NCBI GenBank assembly: GCA_030264375.1
Contig: JASCQW010000133.1
Span: 14,337,676 to 14,401,675, forward strand
Length of the DNA stretch: 64,000 nucleotides
Direction: 5' to 3'
From: Carcharhinus longimanus
Lineage: Eukaryota
Within the stretch, counting starts at the first letter, position 1, and each line of letters starts with the position of its first letter. Under the pieces are notes generated by a model. It worked only from the letters and a program-made list of their open reading frames with translations. It ran no database searches and was not told the origin of the DNA. Shown here piece by piece: positions 40,146 through 53,075 of this stretch. The translations under genes and the position numbers were made by a program.

Positions 40146-41149
40146 TGTATAACTTTCATAAAGACCAGCATTTACAATGGATTTTGAGACCATATCTTCA
40201 ATACTATGTTCTCTAGAAAGCAGTACTGCATAAACAACACTGAATAGCAGGTATTGAATGCTGAATTTATTGCATTCATAGACTTAGAAAGAATGCAGAA
40301 GAGTATTAAGAATGATCACCAGCACAAAGTTAGTAAGCTATAAGGAAAGGTCAGCAAAGTTTACCTATCACCAAATGGGGCACATTTCTTCACCTTTGCT
40401 TTAATGTCCTTGTGGGAAATGTTATTTATTTACAACTAGAAATATTTATCTCTCCATAAAGATTAGTAGTTATAAAAATGTAATTTTTTATCAGCTTATT
40501 GAAAAATAGTGTTATGGAGTTAGTCTAGATTTCCAACACCATGGGGTTTTTACCTAGCCTTCCTAAAATGGTTTTGTTGTATAATTTTATTTGCAGTGGC
40601 AGCATCCCCCAAAAGCTTGGAGGAGTATTAAGACAAGAGTTAAGTGAAAATTTCCTGAGTACCAGGTAAATGTGAAATTAATCCTTGTTTCTGGGCCTGA
40701 ATGTAGATTATACATTCATTGAAAAGCAGACTTTCAAAAAATTCACCATCCGTGATGTGTCTTCTGCATTATTTCTATTTCTGTTTTCATGAAAGTACTG
40801 GCATCTAATGTAGAGCTAGTAAATAAAGATCAATCCTGAAGCTGCTTCTTTCATACCAATAAACAATAATCTAAGTTGAATAGGATTGCAAAAAAGTAAA
40901 AAGCACCCAATTACAAATGCAGATACTACATGATATTGCCAGATAAATCCAACAGAAAATTTAAGATGATCCAAGACATGATTTGGAATGTAAATAAAGC
41001 ACCAAATACAAGCATAAAGTGAAATCCAATTAAATTAAATATAATATTCTATGCTACGAATACTTTCAACATATTTTTAAACATAGTAAATAGTTACTGC
41101 CACTTTTTTTAATATTGCTATCCATGATAGAATTAGGGGAAAAAAATAC

Positions 41150-41371
41150 CTTATTGCCATGGCTCATTATCCAACCAAAGCTTTTGATGCCACAGGCGAC
41201 TTGATTAATAGATACATCCAGGCAGGTCACTGTATTTCCATAGATGGAGTGAAGTACCTTTGGCTCTGTATCAGGGTTGAGTAAGTAAACAGTATCTTCA
41301 GCTGCTGCTACTAGTGATTGATTTTCATCTGTACTTACAGCAACACCTGGAACAAGCTGGAGGTAGCTCAC
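41150..41371 (-). CDS. FBXW8: FBXW8 internal coding exon (about human exon 7)
   Basis: Acceptor ttttatag|GTG and donor AAG|gtattt; 222 nt, phase 0 to 0. VSYLQLVPGVAVSTDENQSLVAAAEDTVYLLNPDTEPKVLHSIYGNTVTCLDVSINQVACGIKSFGWIMSHGNK matches recalled FBXW8 VQYLEIVP..VAAAGDLMYLL..GPPVTCLDVSANQVAFGVQGLGW..GSK. Confidence 0.95.
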
Positions 41372-43760
41372 CTATAAAATAACGGGATAAATATAGTCTT
41401 CAATAGTTTTATGGATTACATGTTTTAATAGAGAAGGAAAAAAAATTGAAGTATTAAATGCATTTGACATAGATGGTAGTTTCAATTTTTAGGAAGTGAA
41501 TTAAACCCTCGCTTTTCACATAATGTAACCTCAATTATTCATGTTAATTATCTGCAAGAATAATGGAATAATGAGACTGGCAGGAGGTGGCTTTATTTCT
41601 ACTCCACTCACCTCTGTTCTGCTCCCGCCAGTGAGATCAGCTGGCACTGGAGCAGCTTATCAGCCAGCTCAAAACATCCACGCACACCAACCTCAACAGA
41701 CCCAAGAAAACTGGCCTAAAACTACTACTCAAGCCCGAATGACATCCGCCAGCTACAGTGGTAAGCATGAAAGGATGCATACGGTTACCTCCAGCTATCC
41801 TATTGGCAGTCTCCATTAAACTCAGCACTGTAGAGCTGTCGACTTAAAAATCAATATCAAGCCTGCCTGTTCAAACAGCTTCCAATGCCACCAAGTGCAG
41901 CCTGTATTGAATAGAACTATATTGACTTTGGCCTGCTCATTTGGGCTTATGACTGGTCCGGCGGCAGCTGCAGTCATGAACAAGTACATGGGGGAGTTTT
42001 GATGGCAGATCAGCTATTCAGTGCCAGTGAATCTTGCCAGCAGAAACAGAGCAAAGGATGGGAGTACTGCAACAGAGGACTGGGGCAGGATGCAACATAT
42101 TCAAAATGTATAGTACCAATCTGTAGTGTCATTTGGGGACTATTGATTATCTATGAATTTCCACGACTTTGAGATAATCTTGGTTATGGCTGATAAACAA
42201 AAAGTAACACAGCAGAACTTTAGTTTGTTTCAAATGCAGTGAATATTTGTTATTTGTCTTACCTAAACACAGTTGTTTATAAATGAGTGAATGATGCTAC
42301 TAAAGACTCAGTCTGGCACAGATCCAGCGTTATATTCTCATTAGGTAATGAAACCAATATAATTCTCGGCAAGAAAATGATGTCATGGCAACCCAGCAGG
42401 TTTAAATGAGTGACCACGGTTAAATGATTCGAGGAATAACTAACACCTGTGAAATTCACGGTAATTAGAGGGATGTGCGACTGATTCTATAATTAAATGA
42501 AATACTTCACCACTGGAGTTTTGTTCTCTTTAAAAACTTCAGTGTGTACACCTCAGGGCCCACATTAATAAACATTTCACTCATTGTTCAGAGGATGGCT
42601 TGTGTCGCTTTTCCTCAACGTATAATTAAAAGGGTAAAAGTCAAAAGGAAAGTATCTGCACCTTGATTTTACCAGTCTGCTGGTTGTGCCAACTTTAAAA
42701 AGGTAAATCAACAACTTTTAAGATGCTTTTGCTGCACAATCCCTGCTAAAGTGTTCAGATTTTCTCAATATTTGTACTCAGTGCTTTAAAGCAAAATAGC
42801 AACCCAATAACAGGCTGTTTACCTATGAACTAAAACATGCAATCTATGAACCAAAACTTGCAATCTTAGACAAGCTATAAATTAAATAATGTGTCATGAA
42901 AGAAAGGAAAGCTTGGCATTTACACTGTGCCATCTACATCCTGTCCCAAAGCACTTCACAGTTAACAACGTACTCTTAAAGTTTCAGCATTGTTGTAATG
43001 TAGGAAATCAATTAACCCTAATTACAGCAAAATGCAGTAGTCATTATGTAGATTATGGAATACCCACCATGTTCATCTGTCTACACTGAAAGATAGTAAA
43101 TAATACTCAGCACTCAACATTTAGGCTAACAAATAATTTTGTAATTAAAGTTACACAGAAGCAAAAAGACACAGCAAGAAATAAGCAGCACAAAGCTTGA
43201 TCCATAATAAGTTAACTGTTTCAAATCAAACAAAAATTCCAAAACGTTAATGTCTTTAGTAGCTTTTGATTTGTATTATCTTGAAAATTAACCCTTTATA
43301 GAGCTCAAGTTTGTCCCATTTTGTGGCGCAGCATGAAGCTGGGAACTGGGGACTGCAGGGTTATTCCTCAATTACGTGTATTTTGATCTTACAGTCAGGT
43401 CATTTCCAGATTGAACAAAAGCTTTTCGATGGTGAATCCATTAAGTTATTAATCCTTTCTAAAATATAAGCAGATTGGATGTAAAAAGGGGAACTTCCTG
43501 GCCACCAGTTGTTTCTTTTGCTTCTCATACTTGATAGCAATGAAAACTGATTTCTTCCAGCTCTTGCATACATTTGAATGATTTTAAACAATGTATAACC
43601 CAACCCCATCAGAAAAAAAATGCACCCTTTATGACAGCAATTTAGAATATTTAAATTTACGTACAAGTTAGATGCTTCAACAGTTAGGTCTCCTGTTGTG
43701 CATTGTGTTCCCTCTCTCCTTGAGAACAAACTGTCACCAAAATGATGCTTCTGCAATAAT

Positions 43761-46240
43761 TGTAAGCCAGGTCACGCAAGCCCCTGGATCTCTACCTCGT
43801 GTATCCCTTCAATCTGTTCTCGGCTGCTTACCAACATTGGGTTGATATTGTCTGCCACTCCTAATTTCTGCTGGAAGCCCCAGCCAATATCAACTCATTC
43901 TCCATTGGAGTTTAACTTTGGAGTAGTTCAGCCAAACACCAGTTTCTCGTCACCAGGCACCTTCTGTTGTGAACCAAGAGGCCCCTCTGCAGCTCACAGC
44001 TACTTCAACACCTCAAGGCCCACAACAATGGTCTGGGTGAAGTAACAGGTTTAAAAGACCCCGCTTAATGCTTCCTATTGGGCAAGCCTCTGTGTGCTCA
44101 ATAAGGGAGCTCTTCTACTCCACAAAGTCCATGGTGATCCCCTGTGACCTTTGTGGCCCTCACTACATCCCTTCCCCCTTAGGTCTGAGGGTGCCTTAGT
44201 ATTCCCTTTGCATCACTTAGCAATTGGTCTGAGGTCTGTCAAAGGTGGGGCTGGGTCAGGCAGCATAAACAAACAGGGGACCTTTGTTTCCGAAGGGAGT
44301 GCCAATGGGTTAATGAAGCAGGTTCCTACTCAGGTTCTGCTTCAGCTTGGAGCCTCAGTCTCCATCTCTAAGTTGGGACCTTCACTNNNNNNNNNNTGGA
44401 GCAGTGGCTACCTCCATGAGCATTAGTGGAGTCTGCTCAGAATGCACTCCCTGCGTCTGAGACAGTCCAAGTGCTTCTTCAAGGTTTTCCCTGGACTTTG
44501 ATCTTATATGATACTAGTCCTTTTTTCTCCATAATGATCCCAGGGATCTAACATGGAGCATCCCCAAAGTTTCTCACATGAACCAGATCACCCACTGAGA
44601 AAGTCCTTTCTGTCCTTGCAGAATCAGGTTTTTTTTGGTTTACTTGTTGGAACCACCCTCCCCACCAAGTTTGAAAATAGCAAACTTTGTAATCTGATAC
44701 AAAGCCATCATCCCATTAGCAGGTCCACTGGGGCAACATCTGTTGTTGTGCATGGTGTGGTCCTGTAATTGAAGAGAAAGTATGCCAACTTGGACTCCAC
44801 GGACGCTGCTGGTTGTTTGTTCATGTCGTTTTTGAATGTTTGAGCCACTCATTCTGTCAGTCCATTTGACAACGGGTGAAAAGGCTCCTTTTATTCTCTA
44901 AGCCTTCTTGGAGAATTCCAGGGTATCTACTAATAACTTCATAAAGTCCCTTCACGCCCAGCTGGAAGATCTCTGACCAGTTCAGTTAGATCTGCTGGAG
45001 TCAATCTCTCCCCATAAGGCTTAGTCCATGGCCTCATACAACAATAAGTAGGAGGCGAGCTGATTGCTGCCGATAAGTTACTGGTGTTGCCCTTTATTTG
45101 TAAAGGCCCCCCCTTGGGGAAGGCCTTCATATCTTCCAAACTCAAGATTTTGGATGCCATATTGGAGATGTTGGTACGTTTGTTCTCCAATAACTCTCGT
45201 GTCCATAGCTCTTGTATCCATCTCCATCTTCAAGGGATGGCCATTCACTAATGTTTCTACCATTGTTAAGGCAACTTTTGCTATGATGAAATGATTCAGT
45301 TGTAGTGTCTCTGGCGGAAGGTATACCTACATGGTACAGACAGGTACTGGCCTCAGCTTTTTCCCTAGGCAGATTTTGCCTATTCCTGAAATTTCACTTC
45401 AGCTGTGTCCTTTGGCAGTGCTTACAATAATCTATTGTCTGGCAACTGCACCTTTCTGGAATATGATCCTAATACTCTTGGGGTCATCACTGCTTTTCCT
45501 TGATTGACAGGTGGTGACATTAGGGTTCCTATCTTGACAGGGGCCCTTTAACACCTGATTTATGCAAGCATTCTCAATTGAGGACTGATTACATGAGATC
45601 CCTCTCCTTAATTGGAGGACATTGTTGCCTGATGACACTTTGTAGTTCCTGCGCCTCTTAGTTTGAGGTTTCAAGTGATAAGGCCTTTTTAAGATCCAAA
45701 ATCGGGTTCTTCCAACAGCTTCTTTTGGGTGGTAAGGTCATTTATGCCACATACCAATCTGTCTTGAAACCTTTCATTAAGAGGCTGTCTAAATTCGCAA
45801 TATTCAGCTAACCTAGCCAAGAACTCACTGACAGTGTCCCAGGAGTTTTCCCAGTCATGTTAAAGCAGTATCTCTGGAAGATTACAAAAGGCCTTGGGTT
45901 GTAGTGATTTTTTACCAGGTCCCCCAGTTCATTAAACGTTTTTGAGTCAGGGCATCCAGGTAGGCTGGGCTTTTTATCATGCTGAAAGTTAGTGTGCTGT
46001 CAACAATATCACCTTTTGCTTTTCCTCTCTTTCAATGTTGTTAGCACGGAAGGAGTAATGCATATACTTAGTTTATTGGGCCCAGTCTTCCCAGCTAGTG
46101 TCATAGGGTTCATGTTTCCCAAAAAGAGGCATAATGGCTTATCTATCGATGATCCTCTGTGGCCTTTGTAGCCATCATAATAAGTGTTCTTACCGATTTC
46201 CGAAGTTATTTATTATGCCCAAGTTTATTGCTACTGGCTT
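43761..46240 (-). mobile_element. Internally deleted, decayed Gypsy/Ty3 LTR retrotransposon
   Basis: gag ATG at 46132 (MPLFGKHEPYDTSWEDWAQ..SKTFNELGDLVKNHYNP); protease VNGHPLKMEMDT; integrase PFHPLSNGLTE*VAQTFK..FLFNYRTTP; PPT aagggggaaggga followed by TGT at 44167. Confidence 0.88.
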
Positions 46241-47016
46241 CTCTCTTGATTGCTCCTAAACTTTCCCAAAATTATTTATTGCCACTCATTGCCAAACATC
46301 ATTCTGTTCCCTTTAAACGTAATTATTTATTCCAGTTTGTACCCACTCTTCCAACCCCCAACTGAAATCATGTAATCCAGCCAGCATCTGTTGCTCTGTA
46401 CTGATCTCTCTGTAATCTCATTCAATATGCCATTCCTGTCAATAACCAATGTCTTTCTTCAGTGGAGAATCAGAAACACTTCTTCAATGGCGTTTTAAAA
46501 ATCCAACATAAATAAATACTTTTCTTATAGAATCATAGAATGAATGATTAGTTACAGCACAGGAGAAGGCTATTCAGTCCATCTTGCCCATGCTGGTTCG
46601 CTGCAAGACAAACCTGGCTAGCCCTATTCCCCAATCTTTTCCCCATATCCCTGCAATTTTTTTTCCACTTTAGCTAATTATCCAATTCTCTTTTGTAAGC
46701 CACAATTTAAACTGCCTGCACCGAACTCTCAGACACAGCATTGTAAACCCTAATTATTCACCGTGCAAAAAAATACTTTTCTTCATGTTGCATCTGCTTC
46801 TTTTCTCTTTTACCTTAAATCAGTGTCCTCTGATTCTGAACCCTTCTGCCAATGGGAAAGACCCTCCCCATCTCTTCATGGTTTACCAAATCTCCTCTCA
46901 AACTTTTCTCTGTGGACAGCAGCTCTAGCTTCTCCAATGTATCCACATAACTGAAGTCCCTCATCTCTGAAACGATTCTCATAAATGGTTCACCATAACT
47001 TGCTTCTTTTTATACA

Positions 47017-47305
47017 GTGGCACGGTGGCACAGTGGTTAGCACTACTACCTCATAGCACCAGGGACCTGGCTTGGGTCACTGTTTGTGTGGAGTCTGTAC
47101 GTTCTCCCCGTGTCAGCGTGGGTTCTCTCTGCGTGCTGCAGTTTCCTCTCACAATCCAAAAGATATGCTGGTGAGATGGATTGGCCACGTTAAATTCTCC
47201 CTCAGTGTACCCAAACAGGTGCCAGAGTGTGGCGACTAGGGGATTTTCACAGTACCTTCATTGTGGTGTTAATGTAAGCCTACTTGTGACTAATAAGTAA
47301 ACTTT
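47017..47305 (+). mobile_element. HE1-related SINE with an alternative 3' tail
   Basis: HE1-like head and body, but the tail is gtgtggcgactaggggattttcacag..gtaagcctacttgtgactaataa. Confidence 0.8.
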
Positions 47306-47372
47306 ATTTTACTTTATTTATTTTTATGCTTCTATTTATAAAGGACCTCACATGCCTGATTTTCTTTGCCTT

Positions 47373-47510
47373 CAGCTCAGATGAAGGATCATCCTGATTC
47401 GAAACATTGGCTCTATTCTCTCTCCACAGACACCATCAGGCCTGCTGAGTTTCTCCAGCATTTTCTGTTTTTGTTTCAGATTCTAGCATCCACAGTATTT
47501 TGCCTTTATC
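47373..47510 (+). mobile_element. Penelope-like terminal fragment with near-intact hammerhead motif
   Basis: agct-cagatga-aggatca-tcc-tgattc-gaaac-att-ggct. Confidence 0.78.
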
Positions 47511-47634
47511 TCATAAGCCTTTATTAACCATTCCTCAACTGGCCTTGCCACATTCAACAATTTGGCCATGTTACTTTGCCGTACACGCTTTAAAAATGTT
47601 ATCCTTAATTTAGAAAAATAATGTTTCCAAGTTA

Positions 47635-47905
47635 GGTTGTAGCATAACTAGAGGCCATTGATAGAAGACAGTGACCAAGGAATCCAATGTGGAATTCAGA
47701 AGAAAAGTTTTTACCCAAAGAGTGGTGGGAATGTGGAACTCACAATCACAGGGAGTGGTTGAAGTAAATATAGTTCAGATGCATTTAAGTAGAAGCTAGA
47801 CGAGCATATGTGAGAGAAGAGAATAGAGGAATATCAAGAAAAATCTAAAATAGAGCAAAAATGCAGGCTGGAATGGTTCAACTGAATGGTGTCTTTTTGT
47901 GCTGC
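47635..47905 (+). mobile_element. CR1 3' fragment
   Basis: FRRKVFTQRVVGMWNSQSQGVVE motif. Confidence 0.75.
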
Positions 47906-48392
47906 ATGTCCTATCTACTCCCTTCTAATTTATATTGCCTCTCCTCACTCTACATACCTGCCATTGCAACAGCCTGTCCACGTGTTGTTAATGTCTATCA
48001 CTATCTTCCTCAGTTCACAATTCTTTCAAGTTTTGTGTCATCTACAAATTTTGCAATTGAGCCCCACACTTAATATAGCTCAAGAAACACAATGGTTCTA
48101 ATTGTGACCCCTGAGGAAACTCATTATATAGTTTCATCCAGCCCAAAAACCAATGATTAAAACTTAATTTTCTTTCACATCCGCAACCAACTTTCTTAAC
48201 AACATCAGTCTTCTCCCTCCATTAAGTACTCACCCTAATCCAACACTTATTCAACTGCTGCTCTCTTCTTCAGATCCAGATATACATGTAAANNNNNNNN
48301 NNNNNNNNNNNNNNNNNNNNNNNNNNNNNNNNNNNNNNNNNNNNNNNNNNNNNNNNNNNNNNNNNNNNNNNNNNNNNNNNNNNNNNNNNNNN

Positions 48393-48463
48393 ATGGCGGG
48401 GCAGGCTCGAAGGGCCAGATGGCCTACTCCTGCTCCTATTTCTTATGTTCTTATGTTCTTATG
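48393..48463 (+). mobile_element. Young CR1 3' end next to a gap
   Basis: Differs from 11-72 at one position; (ttcttatg)3 tail. Confidence 0.85.
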
Positions 48464-48834
48464 TACTTCTCTTTGGTTTATTATAGCTGGTGAAACAACC
48501 CACAAACTTTAGCCCTCAAACATTCCCACTCTATCCAGCAAAATCTCTCCAAACCTAAAATTCCTAAGTCACCTCCTATACCCCATTCACTTAAATTCAA
48601 ACTCCCTACACCAAATTCTCCAATTACCAGTGAGAAATACAAAGATCATCACTTACGTTGAATGCACACTTTCCATTGCTATTAAAATAACACAACTATG
48701 CCACAAATTATAATGCAACCATTAATACTATTTGCACGTTACCATGCACAATCGTTAAATTCTCACCCACTAAAATGAATTCCCGTGTTTTGGTTGAACA
48801 GAAAGAGGCAGTCACTAGGGATGTATATATTCTC

Positions 48835-48882
48835 CAGCAACAGGAGGTACGAGAGCAGCAACAGGAGGTACGAGAGCAGCAA
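48835..48882. repeat. 21-bp perfect tandem duplication
   Basis: cagcaacaggaggtacgagag twice, then cagcaa. Confidence 0.95.
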
Positions 48883-49646
48883 AAGACCAGAACCATAATA
48901 TCCACACAGTACCTTAACAGACCACAAAGTGTTGACATAACTTCCTTAAACAAATCTCTAGCTTTGCTTTAGCAACAGAACACCACATTAACCTGGATAT
49001 AGCAAGATTGGATTCCCCCTCTGGTATTTTGAACTCCTGGCAAGAGCAGTTAATGTTGTGTCAACTAAACCCTAAATATTTGTTTGAGAGTGTGATCGAA
49101 GATTTAAGGAAAAGTCGAAATAACCACAATGATTCCAGTGTTGCTGGAAACATGGAATGTAACAACCCAAAGTGGTAAATCTAGATTAATATTCTGGAGT
49201 TTTGCATGACTATATTTTAGGGATGGGGGGATATTTTACAGTGGTACCTTTTTGAAGATTCACTGCTAAATGGATTCCTCTTTTAGAAAACTGACTCAAT
49301 TGCAATAAATTGTCCATGGTGGAGTAACTTGTACATGATCTGTGATGGGCTAAAATAACTATAGTCACTACATTCCCAAGTAATTAATTGAAGATCAAGA
49401 TCTCCAAGCATAAAGTATTTTATAAATGTAAGTATTAGTACTTTATTTATATTTTTCTTCTAAATACATTTAATTGGTTAACCTTTGTTTTTGCTTTGGA
49501 TCGCTCAACCTATGAAATATGTTAAGGCATTCAAAGAGATATCGAAGACACATGAATTTGACGAGTCTGTGATAAAGAACAGGTTCGTAAAAGGTAGCAA
49601 TGGCTAGTAAATGAACTACATAGACATAATGGAGACACAAACCCAC

Positions 49647-49843
49647 CGTTTTCTGGAGTTCAAACTGGTACGCTCTCCGCCAATATCCTTTCTCATCACT
49701 TGATTCTAATCTGACTTGATAGCCTGAGCAAGTTGCTATTGCAGTGCTGTCTGGTGCCACTGCTATAGCCTGTATCTCCTGGCAATGCTGATAATGATGA
49801 ACTGGTTCCCGTGCAAGAACTGTACTCCATACGTCAACAGCAC
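49647..49843 (-). CDS. FBXW8: FBXW8 internal coding exon (WD40 region, about human exon 6)
   Basis: Acceptor cctgcag|GT and donor ACG|gtgggt; 197 nt, phase 1 to 0. Translates (G)AVDVWSTVLAREPVHHYQHCQEIQAIAVAPDSTAIATCSGYQVRLESSDEKGYWRRAYQFELQKT, matching recalled human FBXW8 GFLNIWDLRTGKYPVHRFEHDARIQALALSQDDATVATASAFDVVMLSPNEEGYWQIAAEFEVPKL. Confidence 0.93.
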
Positions 49844-50377
49844 CTGCAGGTGAACATAACAGAAATTTAGTAAAATGATTATGCAACATTGGTTCAGAAA
49901 GTAAATGCAAATAATGTGACTGCTAAAAATATTCATTTACAATTCAATTTAAAACCCTTTAACTTGGTACATTCAATGACTCAGTAATCACTTCTCATTT
50001 AGAAAATGTGTATCGCTTCTCATACCACATGAAAAATTTCAGAGGTTAAACTTCAAAATGCAGTGGTTGCACACTGTACAATAATTTGGCTTGAGTATTA
50101 TGCTTAAAATCTGACAGATTTAGAAACAGTGACACAAGGTTCAATAACTTTCGATTTCTCTGTAAGATACTTTGGCCTGAGTAAATCATTGGGAGTGCGT
50201 AATACAATGTTAAAAATCAATCTCAATAGGTAAGACAACCTGCTTTTTTGAAATCAAATAAGTAAAGATCAGTTCACATGCCACATTACAATTAGTTTTG
50301 CAGCTGGTTTCCCATCAGGCCTTGAAGTAATTAAGTATTCCCAACTGCCTCATATTTTGAGGGAATTACACATTTAG

Positions 50378-52097
50378 GAGAGAAATTCATCTGGGCACCT
50401 TTTTCTGGGCCACGAATTGGCACTTTGCAGGCGTATATGCCCCAACCAATGAGGTTGCATAATTGGAGTATAGGCCTCATTTCAATAAGTTAGGCAAGCT
50501 GTTGATGTCTGTCATGCCTTCGTAGGCAGCTTGCTCATTTGAAGACCTGAATATGAGGCTGCTTGCCTCACTGGTATGTGGTCCAAAAGTGGGTTTGCTA
50601 TGGTGGGGTTGCAGTGGGTCGGTGAAGTTCTCTGGCTTATGAAACTGCCCAACCTCAATACACCTTGACTATTGGCATTTATTTAAGAGCAGTGTCTGAA
50701 CGCAATCAAAATGCAGGCTTGAAGCCACATTAACTAGAATTGCCCACCTTCGGTCTCCATTGCTGCTTTATGTAATTGCAAGAACATAAGAAATAATATT
50801 ATTTCTCCTGTCCTAGCCTCTAAGAGCCCACGNNNNNNNNNNNNNNNNNNNNNNNNNNNNNNNNNNNNNNNNNNNNNNNNNNNNNNNNNNNNNNNNNNNN
50901 NNNNNNNNNNNNNNNNNNNNNNNNNNNNNNNNNNNNNNNNNNNNNNNNNNNNNNNNNNNNNNNNNNNNNNNNNNNNNNNNNNNNNNNNNNNNNNNNNNNN
51001 NNNNNNNNNNNNNNNNNNNNNNNNNNNNNNNNNNNNNNNNNNNNNNNNNNNNNNNNNNNNNNNNNNNNNNNNNNNNNNNNNNNNNNNNNNNNNNNNNNNN
51101 NNNNNNNNNNNNNNNNNNNNNNNNNNNNNNNNNNNNNNNNNNNNNNNNNACTCATCCTGAAGTCATGCCCCTTCTTGCGAACCTTTCTAACTCTGGTCAT
51201 TTGTGTGTAATGGCCGTGAAACAAGGCTGAGAGTGCAAAATGGTTGGAGGGAGGGAGGGTGGGTGGGTTGGGGGGGGGGATGCGAAGAAAGAGAGTTGAG
51301 TATTGGCTGCTCAGTTGGGTGCCTGCAGAAACAGGAATGAGTGAGGTGTGCTGTGCAAGATAAGGTGTGCAAGTCAGAGTGTAGAGCTTGATGCCTGACA
51401 ATGTCAAGTAACTCAAATACCAAGCCTTCCTGAAGTTCTGGATCATTTTAACACATGGTCCCAAGGTTAGTGGTGGGCCCCCAAGGTTAGAGGCAGGCCA
51501 CACTGCTGCTGCTCGCCTTCCTCAGCCACTTCCATCCATGTCAGCTTGATCCAATAATCTGTCCTCTTCCTCCTGCAGTTCAGAGAACTTTCTTCACTGC
51601 AGCCTCTCAGCTCCCTCATCTCCAGTTAATAGGAAGATCCAGAGACCAGCTTCACTATTCCAATAGATGCCACAGCCTGAAAATCTCAAGCACCAGTGAG
51701 CTGCTCTGAAATATGCTGTAGTCTATTTAAGCATAAATCCTTGCCCTGACAAAACTGCCATGTCATTCTTGTCACTTCAACTGATCAAAAAGTGTGGAAG
51801 TGGGCTTTAAATTGGTTTGCGTCAGCAAAGAGAAGGATCCTTACTCCAATGATGAATTGATTTATTGTGTTGGGATACAGCGAAAAGTATTGTTTCTTGT
51901 GAGCTACACGGACAAAACATACCATTCACAGAGTACATAGGGGAGAAGGAAAGGAAAGGGTGCAAAATATAGTGTTGCAGTCACAGGTAGGGTGAAGAGA
52001 AAGATCAGCTTAATATGTGACAGGGCTATTCAGGTTCATGACCCAAAAATGGTTGCAATGTTTGGTGAAATAAAACTAAAGCAGTAAAATTCTACCC
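50378..52097. mobile_element. Decayed GC-rich DNA-transposon-like element (Harbinger-like)
   Basis: TIR-like ends ggagagaaattcatc and gtaaaattctaccc; contains a gap and a nested LINE tail (51855-52030). Boundaries uncertain. Confidence 0.4.
51855..52032 (-). mobile_element. Rex/Babar- or L2-like 3' tail
   Basis: Homologous to 14526-14732. Confidence 0.7.
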
Positions 52098-52399
52098 TTT
52101 ATGTCCTGCTCACAGCTTATTTTTCTACATATTAAAGCTTTTTAACTCGGATCTGAAGGAAACAGGTGTTGGATTTCCACATCCGAGTCCAGAAGTCAAT
52201 TTTAAAAGTTCTAGGAGTTGTCCCAACTCTGAAAATCCAGCCCAAAATTTAATGTCTCTGCCGCTTACTCATTTCCTGTCATTATTCCTCCTGTCGCAGC
52301 CTCGAAGAGCTCATGCTTACTTTTGTAATTCTTTGTTTGCACATTTGTAGAAATATTTGTATTTCTCGCTAGTTTAAACTCATGTGCAAATTGGCAAAA

Positions 52400-53075
52400 G
52401 ATTAAAGGTGACAGAGAGTTGAATATGAGGTTCAGAGAATGTGTGGGAGACACTTATTTTGGACCTTACTTCTCAAACACCCTCAGCAAAACATGCTTTG
52501 CTCTCCCTGTGTCATTGGGTCCCATGTGGACCACCCTGCCCCAAGTTCTTCAGCATGAGGAGGTGCCCTTAACCCTAGCACCAGGCAGGCAACACAACCT
52601 TTGGAGTTCACAGTTCCAACTGCAGAGAACAGTATCCATCCCCGATTATGCTTTCCCCACTACCACACTAATTTTCACTTTCCCCACTTAATTGGCTTAC
52701 TGCGCCACAGGAGTGCTTTACTTATCTGCTCTGCAGGCTTTTCCTTTGTTCACACAGGCAACTGGAGCCTAATTTCTGCTGAATAAAGACAAAGGCTGGG
52801 CTGGGCTTCTCCAGCACTGCCCGAGTAACCTTCTGCCTGATCCACAGTCTCTGACCACTAATTAGACCTGGTAGCCGAAAGAGTCTGACTGTCTCCTGGA
52901 TAAAAGTGTTCATATAGCTCTCCCTTTCTGATGTCCTGCAATATCTGCACTTCAGAATCCAGTTCAACAACACTGAATCAAAGTTTTCTGAAATGCAGAC
53001 ACACTTCAAATGTGGTTTCCTGCCATCACAATACTCTCCGCAGAATCCTACATGCTGCAGTTGCACCACACCAAC
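52400..53075 (-). mobile_element. Decayed CR1 ORF1 (Cys-rich/coiled-coil N-terminus plus SGNH-esterase-like domain)
   Basis: Frameshifted VVELDSEVQILQDIRKG/ESYMNTFIQETV, LCCLPGARVK and VVHMGPNDTGR motifs typical of CR1 ORF1. Confidence 0.8.

Larger units (their letters stand above)
46528..48200 (-). mobile_element. Decayed CR1 LINE with nested insertions
   Basis: Tail tagaatcatagaa at about 46528; reverse RT patch tcaagttttgtgtcatctacaaattt (KFVDDTKL) at about 48030. Confidence 0.65.

Noticed and set aside
48775-48972. Gln-rich ORF (QQQEVREQQQEVRE)
   Set aside because: Produced by a 21-bp tandem duplication; no other coding evidence.
41066-49910. FBXW12 or another FBXW paralog as the gene identity
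   Set aside because: All three exons follow recalled FBXW8 motifs (GYW, VTCLDVS.NQVA.G, DFTCVNL.DSPP) in the correct order.
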